A stretch of 63,694 nucleotides of DNA, counting the filler, from Hyphochytrium catenoides (lineage: Eukaryota > Protista > Hyphochytriomycota): the NCBI GenBank assembly GCA_900088475.1. It is 9 parts of 9 records of this genome, joined end to end, with 100 filler letters (N's around TTAATTAATTAA, not from the genome) between each part and the next. Parts side by side here need not be neighbours in the genome. Positions count along the whole stretch, not along the records: positions 27,970 to 37,196 come from FLMG01000554.1; positions 37,297 to 43,068 come from FLMG01003538.1; positions 43,169 to 51,230 come from FLMG01002822.1; 6 more parts are not named here. The stretch is one strand, 5' to 3'. Of the stretch, positions 32,499 through 44,400 are shown piece after piece. The notes under the pieces are model-generated. The model made no database searches and had not been told where the DNA came from. It saw nothing but the letters and a program-made list of their open reading frames with translations. Made by a program: the position numbers and the translations under genes. Each line of letters opens with the position of its first letter. Positions within the stretch are counted from its first letter, which is position 1.

Positions 32499-34599
32499 AA
32501 GACAAAGAACCAGAATAGAAGAGCGGAGATACTGGCTCCTCCTAGCCTTTAGGTTGTCAGGCTCCCAAAAAGAAAGATTGAGAAAGAGAGAGAGAGTGAG
32601 AGAGGAAGGTTGTGTGCGAGAGAGAGAGAGAGAGGAGAGAGCGAGAGAGAGAGAGAACGGCAAGGGGCATGACGACAAGAGAGAAGCTCACCTTGAGCAG
32701 AGAAGGTCCACAGCCTTCCAGTAACTGCGGGTCAGACCATGAGACGCCGTCTGCGCTGAGAATCACTTGGAACTTGGTGACACAGTCGACGCCTTCCTTT
32801 CTCTCTCCTTCTGAGGGAGAAGATGCAACAGGGCTCTCTTCTTTCTTTCTCTCTTCTCTCTCTCTCTTCTTCCTCAAGGCACAGAGCGCTAGACAGGAAA
32901 GGAAGATGCACGTCTTCTCTGCTGCTGCGCCCGCCAGAATATCTGCCACCTTCGCGTCTACCTTGGGCTCCTCAGCTCGCAGAGAGGCATTTGTCAGCTC
33001 AATCACCTAGAAACAGAGATGAAACGCGAGGGAGAGAAGAAGGAAAAGAAAAGAGAGAGGGGGAGAGAGAGAGAGAGAGAGGAAATGGAGAGAGAGAAAG
33101 AGGAGGGAAGAGAGAAAGGGAGAGAGGGACAGAGATGGTAGCAAGACGGGGGTCCGTGAGGTCGGGAGAAGAAGAAGGGAAGATCAACAAAAAGAAAGTG
33201 AGAGGAAAGAGAGGAATGAGACAGAAGAAGAGACTTCTTTCGGTTTCTATGGAGATCTGACAGGCGAGCCATTGAACCAGAGAAGAGAACACGAGAAGTA
33301 ATGCTGCCGAGTGGGAGGAGAAAGATTGGGAGAGAAAGAAAGAAAGAAGGAGAGAGACAAAGGGAAGCGGTATTGCTAGCAACAGAGAAAGACAGGGAGA
33401 GAAGCGACGCGGAGAAAAGAAGAGAGGCAAAAGACAGAGAAGAGAGAGAGACACAGAGAGAATAAAGAGGAAGAGAGAGCGACATGAACAAAGATAGTTC
33501 ACACAAGTAAGGAAAAGGCACGAAGAGAGAGAAAGAGATTTCCTGTTCTATTGTGCAGTATTTCTCTCTCTCTCTCTCTCTCTCTGACCTTAGCAAAGTA
33601 CTGGCTCCTGCTCTCCTTGTTGTCCAGCTTCTCATAGGTCACGCCCTGTAACTCAGTCGGGATCCAGCCTGTCTCTCTCTCCCCTTCTCCTACTTTTAAG
33701 AGAAGAGAGATGAGGTCAAAGAGGAAGCGAATGGGAGGTTTCTTCAAGAGCTTGGAAGGGATCTTGGACGTCTTCAGGAACTCCTCCCACGAGATAACCT
33801 GGACGCGGGCCGAGGGGGAGAGAGAGTGAGAGAGAGAGAGAGAGCCTACTTTGTGACGTAGGAAGAAACCGGGGTCGAGAGAGGGAGAAAGAAAATAGGT
33901 AGATAGAAGAGAGAGAAGTAAAGAGAGAAAAAAAGGAGAGAGAGAGAGAAAGAGAGAGAGAAAGGGAAGGGAAGAGACAGGAAAGCGAAGAGACAGAGAA
34001 GCGAAGAGAAAGAGAAGAGTATAAGAGCGGGAAGGAAGAGAGAAAAGAAGGTGCTACCTGAGAGATAACGTGATAGGTCTGCTCGGGCTCCCCATTGAGC
34101 TGCGGGATACTCACTTCCGCTGCAGGAGAGAGAGAGGGAGAGAGAGACGCGGACGGAGCAAGAGAGAGAGGGAGAGGCGCAGCTTGCAATTCTATGGCAT
34201 GCACGGTACAGGGCCGACCAAAGTCAATCTCAAGGTAAGGGGAAGAGTCATCTCCGGAAGGACACCAGGCACCGTCCTACAGCACAGAAGAGAGAGGAGG
34301 AAAAGAGGAAAGAGAGAGAGAGAGAGAGACAAAGAGAGAGAAGCAGATGAGAGAGCGCAGAGAGGCTTGAGAACGAAAAGGAAGCAGAGCTGAGCAGAGG
34401 AGAGAGACAGAGGGAGAGAGAGAACGCTGGCGCCTAGAAAAGGACTGACATGGGGAGAAAGAGAGAGAATGCCCACGGGAAACACATGGGAGAGAAAGAC
34501 AGCATAAATAACTGTGACCTCTTGACGGAGAGCTGAGGGGGTTGAAAAGTGAAGAGAGACAGAGAGAGAGAGAGAGCTGAAAGGGTAAACACTGCCTCT

Positions 34600-34639
<40 letters not shown>

Positions 34640-36292
34640 GGCATCTCACCTCGTTTAACCTGGCCTGGGCTACGTCTTCCCCGTTAGAAGAGGCAGAGAG
34701 AGAAGAGTTGGGGATGAGACCTGACTCCAACCCTAAAGCCTTGGACTGCTGCCCTTCTTGAGAGAGAGAAGAGGGAGAGGGGGAGGGAGAGAGAGAGTGG
34801 GAAGAAGAAGAAGAAGAGAGGTTGATGCATTCCTCCTGCCACTGACGCAAGCTCAACACGATGTCCCGCGCGTCCTGGGAGGACACTGTTCCTTCTATCG
34901 AAGAAGAGATATCCAGTTACGCAACAGAAGACAGATAGTGAGAGAGAAAGAGAGAGAGAGAAGTGACTCAGCGAGAAGAAAGAGAGGCAGAGATAGAGAG
35001 ATAGAGATAGAGAGATAGATAGAGAATTATAAATATAGAGAGGGTAGAGAAGGACTGATGCGAAGGGACAGGAAAGAGTCAAGAAAGCCCCAGACTACGA
35101 AATGGCAAGAAACTCTATCGAGACAGAGAGGGAAGAGGTTGGATATAAAGATAGTGAAGCGACGCACATAAGCCGTCAGAGGGAGAAAGAGAGACATAGA
35201 AAGAGAAAGAGAGAGAGGGAGAGAGAGACATAGAGGGGAGAGAGAGGACGGGCGGAAGAGCCAAGCAAAGATGCTTTCTCGCTTACCTTCTTTCGCCGAA
35301 TCCGCCTTGGCATTATCGGACGCTAGAAAGGTTGAAGCAGAGAGAAGAGACGAAGATTGAGACCAGCGTTGTGAGTTAGCCACCATAAAGAGAGAGAGAG
35401 AGAGAATTCGAGAGGAAGAGAGAGAATCGAGAGGAAGAACTGAGGAAGGGACGTTTGAGAGAAATATGCAGTGCCAGAAGAGCGCCAGCCCGCCACACAG
35501 TCAGAAGCAGCAAATACTGGAGGCTCTTCTTCCAAGACTATCTACACCTCTCACTTTCTCTTCCGTCTTTCTCTCTCTCTCTCTATTACATATAATCGAA
35601 CCTCTCACTCCTCCCCTCTCTCTCTCTGTCTGTCTTTTGCTGCTTCATTGTCTCTTACCGAGCTGCTCAATAAAGAACTCTGTGTAGCTCCTGTGGCTGT
35701 ACAACTCTTTTCTCCCGGCAAGAAAGAGACGTTTCATCTCTCTGACATCTAGTCCAGCTTGCCGCAGGAGGATAGACAGGCCGCGGAGAAGATCATCTCT
35801 CTTCTTTCTCGCCTCCTCCTCTCTCTCTTTCTGTTCGGTGGCCTCAGAAGAAGGAGGAGAAGAAGAAAGAGCCGCCGAGTCTCTCTCCTTCTTTGCTTCC
35901 TCTTGCTCTCCCTTCCGTTTGAGTTCCTGCAGATGCTGACGGATCTGAGTGGCAAGGGCAAAGGCATCGCGAATCGCTCTACATAGAGAGAGAGAGGAGA
36001 GAAGGAGAGAGAGAGAGGGGGAGAGAGAGAGGAAAGGGATTGAGAAAGACAATGTCAGTCTTGGTTTGGGGGGAAGTAAACTGGAGCAGATAGGCTATTC
36101 CCGTGAAGGGCAAACAGGGAAGAGTTAAAATGAGGCGACCAACAAAAGAGGGAAAGGAAGAAAAAGAGGAGAGAGAAAAAGAGAAAGAAACGAAAAGGAG
36201 TCGACGGTGGCACCTGTTTTCCAAGTCATAAAGCTTGCGAGACTCCTCACGCAGACTTCTGAGTTTCATAACAGCCTTCACAGACAGAGAGT

Positions 36293-36334
<42 letters not shown>

Positions 36335-37195
36335 ACACGAGAGAGAGAGAGGAGGTTAAAAACTTAGAAGAGTTGGAGTTGCGAAACAAGGGAGAGAGAC
36401 AGAAAGATAAAAGAGAACAAAGCTGGGGTGGTGGAAGTGGACATAGCGATGCAAAATAGACACCTTTGAGGGAGGGAGAGAGAGAGAGAAAGAGAGAGAG
36501 AGAAAGAGGGAAGGAGTGCGAGAGAGAAAGGGGGCGGGGAAGAGAGAGAGAGGTGAGAAAAAGCGAAAGAGGGAAGAAGAAGACTTGGATCATGCCATAA
36601 GGGGCTTTGGTGGGGAAGAGACAGGCAGAAGAGGGAGAGAGTACAAGAGAGACAGAGGAACGAGGAAGAATGGGAGCAGGGAGAGAGAGAGAGACTGCAG
36701 ACCTGGCTGACTGCCGCCTGATCTCCGCTGAGCTCCGCCCCAGTGGTCTCTCTTTGAGTCTTCCAGTTCTTAACATCAGCCTCCAGAGAGTCGTTGAAGA
36801 CACTCAGGACCGTGCTCTGCTCCTGCGCCAACTCTGCCACAGGAGGACAAAGAGAGAGAGAGAGAGAGAGAGAGAGCAGGTGAGATGAGAGAAGGAAAGA
36901 AAAGTAGAGAGAGAGTTTCGAGAGAAGCAAGATGAGGAGTATTAAGTGGTAGGTATGCGGCGGGGAGAGAGACAGGTTTGCAGAAGAGAGATCTCTTCAT
37001 CATTGCCTTTCTTAATATCCTATACTTCCTGCAGCCTCACCTCTTGGTCCTCTGTCTCTCTTATATTTTCTCTCTCTCTCTTTCTCTCTCTTTCTTCTCT
37101 CTCTCTCTCTCCCTCTCTCCCTCCCTCTCTGCTTCTCTCCCCAGGGCGCGAGATTTTACCTCTGTACTTCTTGCTTGCTGCTGCCAGCTCTATCC
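28150..37195 (-). CDS. Large multi-exon protein (both ends off the scaffold): N-terminal helical region, F5/8 type C (discoidin) domain interrupted by an IFT54/MIP-T3-like CH domain, then a long coiled coil
   Basis: Discoidin motifs LGLESGLIPNSSLSASS..AQARLN, GAWCP..PYLEIDFGRPCTVHAIELQ, VTKFQVILSADGVSWS and LRVMPLAWEGKPALRLEVHGC; CH-like KLLKKPPIRFLFDLI..KESRSQYFAK|VIELT..DILAGAAAEKTCIFLSCLA; heptad-rich exons at about 28150-31790. Confidence 0.75.
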
Positions 37196-37296
37196 ANNNN
37201 NNNNNNNNNNNNNNNNNNNNNNNNNNNNNNNNNNNNNNNNTTAATTAATTAANNNNNNNNNNNNNNNNNNNNNNNNNNNNNNNNNNNNNNNNNNNN

Positions 37297-39094
37297 GCTT
37301 GATAGCCGAGCTCAAGGAGCTTGGCGAAAGCAGCTGTGAAGTCTGAGAACCAAAGCTCTTCATCTTCTGCATAAGCTTCCGCATACTTCCGGAACTCAGG
37401 ATCCCAGATCAGCACCATATCTATGATAGACATATAAAAGAGGTTAAGAAAGACATCGAGGATTTGTTAGACATACTAAAAGAAGCAAAGAGTGGGAACA
37501 GATAGGGAGAGAGAGAAAGGGAGACGAGAGACAGACGCAGAGAAAGAGAGAGCAAGAGGAAAGGAGACATAATCAGCGAGACCGGAGGCAGAGACTGATC
37601 AAGATAGATAATGCTTATTGGAGAAAAAGAAAGCAAAAGGAAGAAAGAGAGAGANNNNNNNNNNNNNNNNNNNNNNNNNNNNNNNNNNNNNNNNNNNNNN
37701 NNNNNNNNNCAACACGTTAGAACCTGTTGGACTAAGTTAGCCCCAGTTATAGCTTAGTCCGACAGAACAATCAGATCGCCTGTAGGATCCTCAAACTGGA
37801 GAGGACCCTGCCATTTCTTTCCCTTGTGGGTCTTCTTCTCTCTCCAGGTGTTGTTCACTAGCTCTCTGTAGTAAGTGTTGCTGAAGGTAGTCTCAGAGCG
37901 AGTCCACGGTCCCCAATAGCCGCTTCGGTCTTCATGGCACCGTCCTACCGCGTGCGCACCTGGACGGCAATGAAAGCAGAGGACAGAAGTTGACAGAGAG
38001 AGAAAGAGAGAGTTAGGGAAAGGCGAAGAGTGAGAAAGAGAAAGGAGGAAGACAACGTGAATAGACCGATGCGTAGCAAACGAGAAGAGGATGAGGCGGA
38101 GAGAGAGACAAGAGACGACCAGGAAGGAAGTGTAAGCCAAACGAGAGAGACGAGGATGCAATCTGAGAGAACCTCCGAAACTCTTTGACGCTCGGTTCTG
38201 AGTCTTTCTGCGCCGCCCTAAGCTTTCTGACCCTCAGTTGACCTGCGATTTCTACTCACCTAGTAACGCCACTATCTCTCTGTCAGAGAACCCCATCCGA
38301 TAGAAGATCTCTCTCACGTGCTGAGCTGTGGCCTTGTGATGGCCCTTGTCAGCACTGGGAAGCCTGCCGTTAGCAGGAACCTTCTTCTCGTCAGGAACAT
38401 CAGTACGGCCAGGCCTCCATGGCACTTCGGGCCCTCCCATGTCCGAGATGGCAACCACACCAGCCAGAGTCCAGAGATCTGTACATGAAGATTATGTCAG
38501 TATGGTAATCTATGCAGTTTCAGATATTCAGAGATTTGGCATTGCATATCTAAGCTTCTCACCTCCATAAGATATGGCTGGATACTTCTGCTTGATGGGC
38601 TCGAGGAGAGCTCTGGCATGGTGCAGACCAGCATTCGCAGGGTCTGTGCTCTCAGGGGCAAACCTCATAGTTCCCCCATTAGATCCTCCGGTCCTTGTCT
38701 TCTTGTCATAGGTACCTGACGCATGCCAGGCGAGCCTGACGAAGGTTGGAGCCCAAGAATCGTCTTTCTCGATGATTTCAGAGATCTCCGTGCGGATGTT
38801 ATCGTACGGAAGATCCGCAGCTTTGGCTTGGGCTACAAGCCCAGACGTGGCGATAAAAGAGGCGGTAAGGGCGGCAGCGAGCAGGGAGGAGAGAGAATCT
38901 CTCGCGTCGTTCGCTCTCTTCTCCTGCTGAAAGAGAAAAGAAGAGAGAGCCCTGGCTCCCGATTTCGATCTTCCTCCCTCCAGCGCTTCATGAGAAGCGA
39001 ACGGTCTCCGGCGTCTGAGAAAGGTCTTCCCGCCTGCTAAGCCTCGCACCCCTCGAGACAGGGAAGGGGCAATGACTGCATGGACTCGCTGCAT
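37297..39094 (-). CDS. CCP1: Class I heme peroxidase, mitochondrial cytochrome c peroxidase type (stop codon lost at the scaffold end)
   Basis: [17 protein letters not shown] (distal R-W-H), [58 protein letters not shown] (proximal His), SGYWGPWT (Trp191 equivalent), [18 protein letters not shown] and FAKLLELG. The Arg-rich presequence plus hydrophobic segment fits intermembrane-space targeting. Confidence 0.9.
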
Positions 39095-39318
39095 CGGTCC
39101 CACAATATCTCTTCTTTCTCTCTCTCTCTCTTTCTGACTGTCTGTCTCTCTTTGTATAACTTGGTTCCTAGCGCTTCTCTCAAGTGTCACGTGCTGCGCT
39201 GCGCCTTGGGCCTCGTAGTCTGGGATGAGCAACGGCGAGGAAGCTACAAAGTGAAGAGACGACGGTAGCAGCGACCTCCGTTATCACGCAAGATGATCGA
39301 TCCAGGAAATGAGAAGCT

Positions 39319-39349
<31 letters not shown>

Positions 39350-39416
39350 AGAAAGAGAAAGATAGAGAAAGAGACAGAGAGAGAGAGAAGGAAAGGGGGG
39401 AGAAGAGAGAGAGAGA

Positions 39417-39447
<31 letters not shown>

Positions 39448-39833
39448 NNNNNNNNNNNNNNNNNNNNNNNNNNNNNNNNAGAGAGAGAGAGAGAGAAAAA
39501 GAGAGAGAGAGAGAGAGAGAAACAGCTTCTGATTCTGCCCTCCAGCACTCTCTTCCCATCCTCGCAAGCAGCTTCTGACTTCTGACAAACAACCTTTCAG
39601 TAACCAAACCGACAGGACCTCACACTCTGCCAATTTACAGGTACCGTCTTCGTTAATTCACGAGTCAACTATCAGAAAAAGGGCTCGTTGTCTGTAGATT
39701 ACGAGACATTCAATGTCAATTATCTTGTTGTAATGTAAGTTTACAGCTACATTTGACCTATCCTGGGGGATATGTGAAGATTATCGAAGCTCTTGGAGTG
39801 TACGACCTATCCTCACCCCTCCAGTTCTATGGG

Positions 39834-39864
<31 letters not shown>

Positions 39865-40205
39865 NNNNNNNNNNNNNNNNNNNNNNNNNNNNNNNNAGAG
39901 AGAGAGAGAGAGAACGAGAAAGAGAGATAGATAGATAGATAGAGAGAGTGAGAGAGAGGGAGAGAGAGAGAGAGAGAGCGCCAGCCAACAAGGGATGAGA
40001 CATGAGAACCGATCCGCAACCCGCTGTCAGCACGATCAGCGTCTTATTGAAAGGACAGAGGCAGAAGAAAAGAGAGCCAAGGAAGAGAGAGAGAGCGAAA
40101 CCAAGAGACAGCCCAACAGCCGCGGAATCTTACCCTAGAAAAGAGTGAAGAGACTCTGGAGTGCAGGCATTCTCTCTCTCTCTCTCTCTGCGATCTCTAC
40201 CTGCG

Positions 40206-40811
40206 ATGGGAAACAGCTCTGGGAGAGAGGAGTACGGCGGGCTCTCAGGAGATGATCCCTGTGCTCCAGATATGAGAATCTTTCTCCAGTAAGCACGCGT
40301 CTCTCCTTCATCTTAAGTTCTCTCTAGCCCGCTCTCTCTTTCTCTCTCTTTCTTCGGTATCTCCCTTCCTGTTCACGTCCTTACGCGGCATTATGTTTTC
40401 TTGCATCACTCTCTACCCTCCTTCTCTCTCTCTCTCTCTCTTCTCTCTGTCTCTCTCTCTTCTCTCTGTACTATGTCTCTGGTCTTTTCTCTTTTGACCT
40501 CTTACCTATGTTCTCTGACTTCTTCTCTCTCTTTCCGCTAAGTTACGTTCCTCTCTCCTCTCTTTCTCCGTGTCTCTCTCTCTTCTCTCTTTGTATCTGT
40601 CTCTTTTTGTCGTCTCTCTCTCTCTTTCTTTCTCTCTCTGTTGGGATATCTTCTCTCTCTTTCCTGTGTCTTCAGGTGCGTGGAGGCGCATCAGAGCCGT
40701 CAGGCCGGGGGTCTGAGAGGCGACGATTGCCTGGAGGAGATCGCGCGGTACAGAAACTGCAGGAAGAAAGCTCGGCAGGAGAAGAACGAACGAGAAGGAA
40801 AGAAAGCCTAG
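40206..40811 (+). CDS. 72-aa twin CX9C (CHCH) protein with a possible N-myristoylation site; 2 exons (40206-40288, 40676-40811)
   Basis: Spliced translation MGNSSGREEYGGLSGDDPCAPDMRIFLQCVEAHQSRQAGGLRGDDCLEEIARYRNCRKKARQEKNEREGKKA*. It has two exact C-X9-C motifs, and the GT-AG, CT-rich intron keeps the frame. Confidence 0.8.
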
Positions 40812-41212
40812 CTTCTCTTGAGGCTGAAACCTTAGAGAGGAGATACGAGGCCATTAAAAAGAAAGGAGAGAGAGAGAGCATGAGAGAGAGAGAGGAGACG
40901 GAGCGAGAGAGACTCTCTTTGTCTTCCCTTTCACAAAGAGAGCCATTTGGCTTCGGGGTAGTTGTCCTGAGCCCAGGTGCTGAGACCGTTCCCTCTCTTT
41001 TTTCTCTCTCTTCTTTTTCTTAGGGATGCTGCTCTCTTTCTCCTCTCTTTCTCTCTCAGCCTCTACGTTCTCACTCTCCACTCGCACTGCCGAGAAAGGA
41101 GAAAAACGAGGAGAGAAACTAGGGAGAGAAGAGAGAAAGGAGGAGAGAAACTAGCGACGGATCGTTCTCCCACTTTCCCTTATTTACCTTTATCAAAAAA
41201 GGCAACCGCACC

Positions 41213-42034
41213 TTATTTTTCCTGCCAAAGGGGCTCCGTCTCTTCTGCTCCCATTGAGGGCAGAAAAGAAAGCTCGTAGACACCTTCCCTCTTCCCTTTT
41301 CCTTCTTCTTTCTCTTGCTCTTTCCTCTCTCTCACTTCGTCTCTCTCTCCCAGTCTCTCTCTCACCCATTGTACAATAGTGGCGCTTGAAGGAGTCTCCT
41401 GGATGGGAGATGACGTCTCCACGCCTTTCTCTTGGAACTCTTTATATGTCATCTCCTCTTGTCCACAAGAGAGACGAGCGGAGGCGTTGGGAGAGAAGAG
41501 AGAGTTGTTTTCTAATTTGACGGAGAGAGAGAGAGGGAGAGAGTCCACCTGACAGTAGGAAAAGCGCCCGAAGAGAAGGCGCGGCTGATTCTTGACGATG
41601 ACGCAAGTGTTTCCTCTATAGATGTCAGCAGCTGTGGGGTCAGAAGAGGAGTAGGTGCAGGTCATGTCCAGACATCCTGATTCGGGGGAGAGAGAAAAAG
41701 AGAGAGAGAAAGGGTAATAAGAAAGAGAGAGAGGATCAGCAGAGAGGGAGGTGTTAGGGTGAGCAGAGAGAGAGAGAGAGTAAGAGTAAGCAGAGAGAGG
41801 AGATGGTTACAGAATCAGAAGGACAAGGAGGGTAAGAAAAGCTAGCGGGTCCTTTGAGGATGATCCAAAGAGAGAAAGACAAAGGGAGAGAAGAATTTAA
41901 GAAGAAGAGAGAGGAGCGACCGGCTTTCCCGTCTCCGTTTCCTTAGAACTATATCGTGCCTTCAGGACCAGTGGTCCAATATCTTCTTTTTCTCTCCGTT
42001 ACTCGTTTTTGATAGTTCTTCCTCCTCGAGATTC

Positions 42035-42068
<34 letters not shown>

Positions 42069-42871
42069 TATCCATACAATTTCCTCACTCTCACTTTCCT
42101 CGTCTCCAGTGTTGTTTTTTCTTCCACTGTCCCGTACATGTCTCTCTCTTCTTTCAGTGCTCTTGTCTCTCCCTATCAGTCCTCCCTTTCCCGTGTCTCC
42201 CCGATTTTACCTAGGAAAGGTTGGATGACAAGATTCCTCTCGAACCGCTTGTGATGTCCGCCATAGTCACACTTGAAGCCGTCCAGCAGGTACATCACGT
42301 TATCAAAGACCTAGGGAGAAGAGAAGGTGAAAATAAGAGAAGGAGAGTAAGAGAGAGAGAGAGGAAGAGAAGAAGAGAGGGAGCGGCTGTCATGTAGAGA
42401 GGGGGAGAGAGAGAGAGACACACAAACAATAGGCAAGGAAAGAAGAAACAATAGGAGTAATAAGCCAGAAGAGATGCGGAGAGTCCAAACCAGAGACGCC
42501 ACACAATGGAGAGAGTATTTCAGAGAGAGAGAGAGAGAGAGCGGGGAGAGAGGGAGAGAGAGAGAGAAAGACTGGGAGAGAGAGAGGAAAGAGAGAGAGG
42601 AAAGAGAGAAAGAGAGAGAGAGGAAAGAGAGAAAGAGAGAGAGAGGAAAGAGAGAAAGAGAGAGAGGCAGACCGCCATGGTGGCGAGCGAGGAAAGAGAG
42701 AGGCAGCCGTATCATCATACATTTATGTAGGAGCTTCCATCGTCACAGTCAACGCCTTGGCCCGCGTGGTAGCCGCCCAGGAGCAGATTGAAGCGAATCT
42801 CAGAGGCCGTCGGGACTATAGTCGGGGGCCCTCTTCCCTTCTCGAGAGACAGCAGAGGAAGGCGATGCCAG
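41213..42871 (-). CDS. C-terminal exons of a right-handed parallel beta-helix (pectin-lyase fold, GH141-like) protein
   Basis: SWHRLPLL..SEIRFNLLLGGYHAGQGVDCDDGSSYIN|VFDNVMYLLDGFKCDYGGHHKRFERNLVI and the C-terminal TYKEFQEKGVETSS..PSSATIVQWVRERLG resemble the DxDDGSSY/K-x-D-x-GGH beta-helix family; the 5' part is off the scaffold. Confidence 0.6.
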
Positions 42872-43242
42872 CTGCACGGCGTAGGCCAAGAGAGGAAGGC
42901 CATGAGGCATGATGACAGGAGAGAGTTGTAGAGAGAAGGAGAGAGAAAGAAAAAGAATGCGATAAAGCGTTAAAGAGTCAAGGCGCAAGGTCAACAGAGT
43001 CAGGTTTGACCAGGCCAAATAGAGGTACAACTGAGACACGTAGAGAGAGAGAGAGAGAGAGAGAGAGANNNNNNNNNNNNNNNNNNNNNNNNNNNNNNNN
43101 NNNNNNNNNNNNTTAATTAATTAANNNNNNNNNNNNNNNNNNNNNNNNNNNNNNNNNNNNNNNNNNNNCAGATGCCAAGCCCAACCGAACGCTGAGGAGA
43201 AGAAGAGAGAGCGTTTCTAATGACTGGTGTATGAGGGACTAG

Positions 43243-43886
43243 GACCAGACAGGCTTATCATCAAGTAGCAAAAGTGTGAGAACCCAAATAATGTAGAATC
43301 TTAGACGAGAACGAGACAGGACACACGCCATACACTCTTTGTTCTTGTGGAGGTAGCAGCAGTCGTTCTCCCCGCCTGTGGACCATAAACAGTGACCGCC
43401 CATCGTCAAGCTTGCTTGGTAGTTATTATTAGTGATTACTGAGGCTTCTTGTTGACTTGTTGAGCATGCTATCCTCACTGGCAGTCTACGGCTGGTACCT
43501 CCGCCCCACCGACTAGTTCTATCCTCGCCACGACAATTGGATGGCTGCTGGTACAAGAAGAAGGAAAATTTCGTTGTTGAGTTAGTCGGATCACGCTTCT
43601 TCCTCTTTATAGAGCACTTTTTATGGTATGGAGCCAGGCAGAGAGGAAAATATGATGGACCAACCATGGGAAACATGGTCATGGATGAGAGCAGCTATGA
43701 GCGCGATAGAGTTTATCAGAGAATCACGGGCCGTCGCGATTTATGGTCTACAGGCGGGAAGAACGACTACTGCTTTCTCCGTTAGTGGGGATCAATGAGT
43801 ATGGCGAGTATCCCTGTCTCGTTCTCGCCCAAGGGATACAGTTTGCATCTTACACTTTTGCTACCTATAAATGAGCCTGTCCGGTC
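43243..43886. repeat. Diverged ~145-bp inverted repeat pair (43243-43389 and 43740-43886) of a dispersed family; third copy at about 50960-51160
   Basis: Shared blocks gacaggct, gtagcaaaagtgt, cgagaacgagacagg, cgccatac and gtcgttct..cccgcctgt.gaccataaa read forward in copy 1 and reverse-complemented in copy 2; several recur forward at 50960. Confidence 0.8.
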
Positions 43887-44400
43887 TTCCCATGAAAAAT
43901 CGACCGATCCCGAGAAGCCTTCGTTTCTTCCAGGGGTGGGCAATTAGGGCCACTCTCTCAGCATTGGCCATAGGTTAAATTATCACCTACATAACTTTCT
44001 GTGAGGTAATTGGTAATTTCAAGGTAAATTATTTTTGTGTTTGTGTCAATTTTCGCTGGAGTTACGTACAATATATGGGCACATTATGGTCAGACAGATT
44101 CGGGATCTGACGCGGAACATCAGAACACTTAAGAACCGTTCTTCAAGATGCGAACACCCTTTCAAGGATCGCACAATTCTCTCCTCAAAGAGGGAAGAGG
44201 AAGCAGAATGAAAGATCGCACCGAATTGCGTAACAAATTTTGGCGCCAGAGCTTCGAGAATGAAGCCCAGATTTGCAGATAAGCAAAAGCTCCATTTCGA
44301 ATTTCGGAGCACCGATTAAGGTTTTACAAAGAAGCGCGGCCATTGAAGTGCTAGGACTTTAGCCTAGCTTTTTGCGTCGTTTTTCCTTTTAGCTGCATCA

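Noticed and set aside
37297-39094. Ascorbate peroxidase call
   Set aside because: The WHASGTYD motif and the mitochondrial-type bipartite leader favour cytochrome c peroxidase, although a hybrid APX-CcP cannot be fully excluded.
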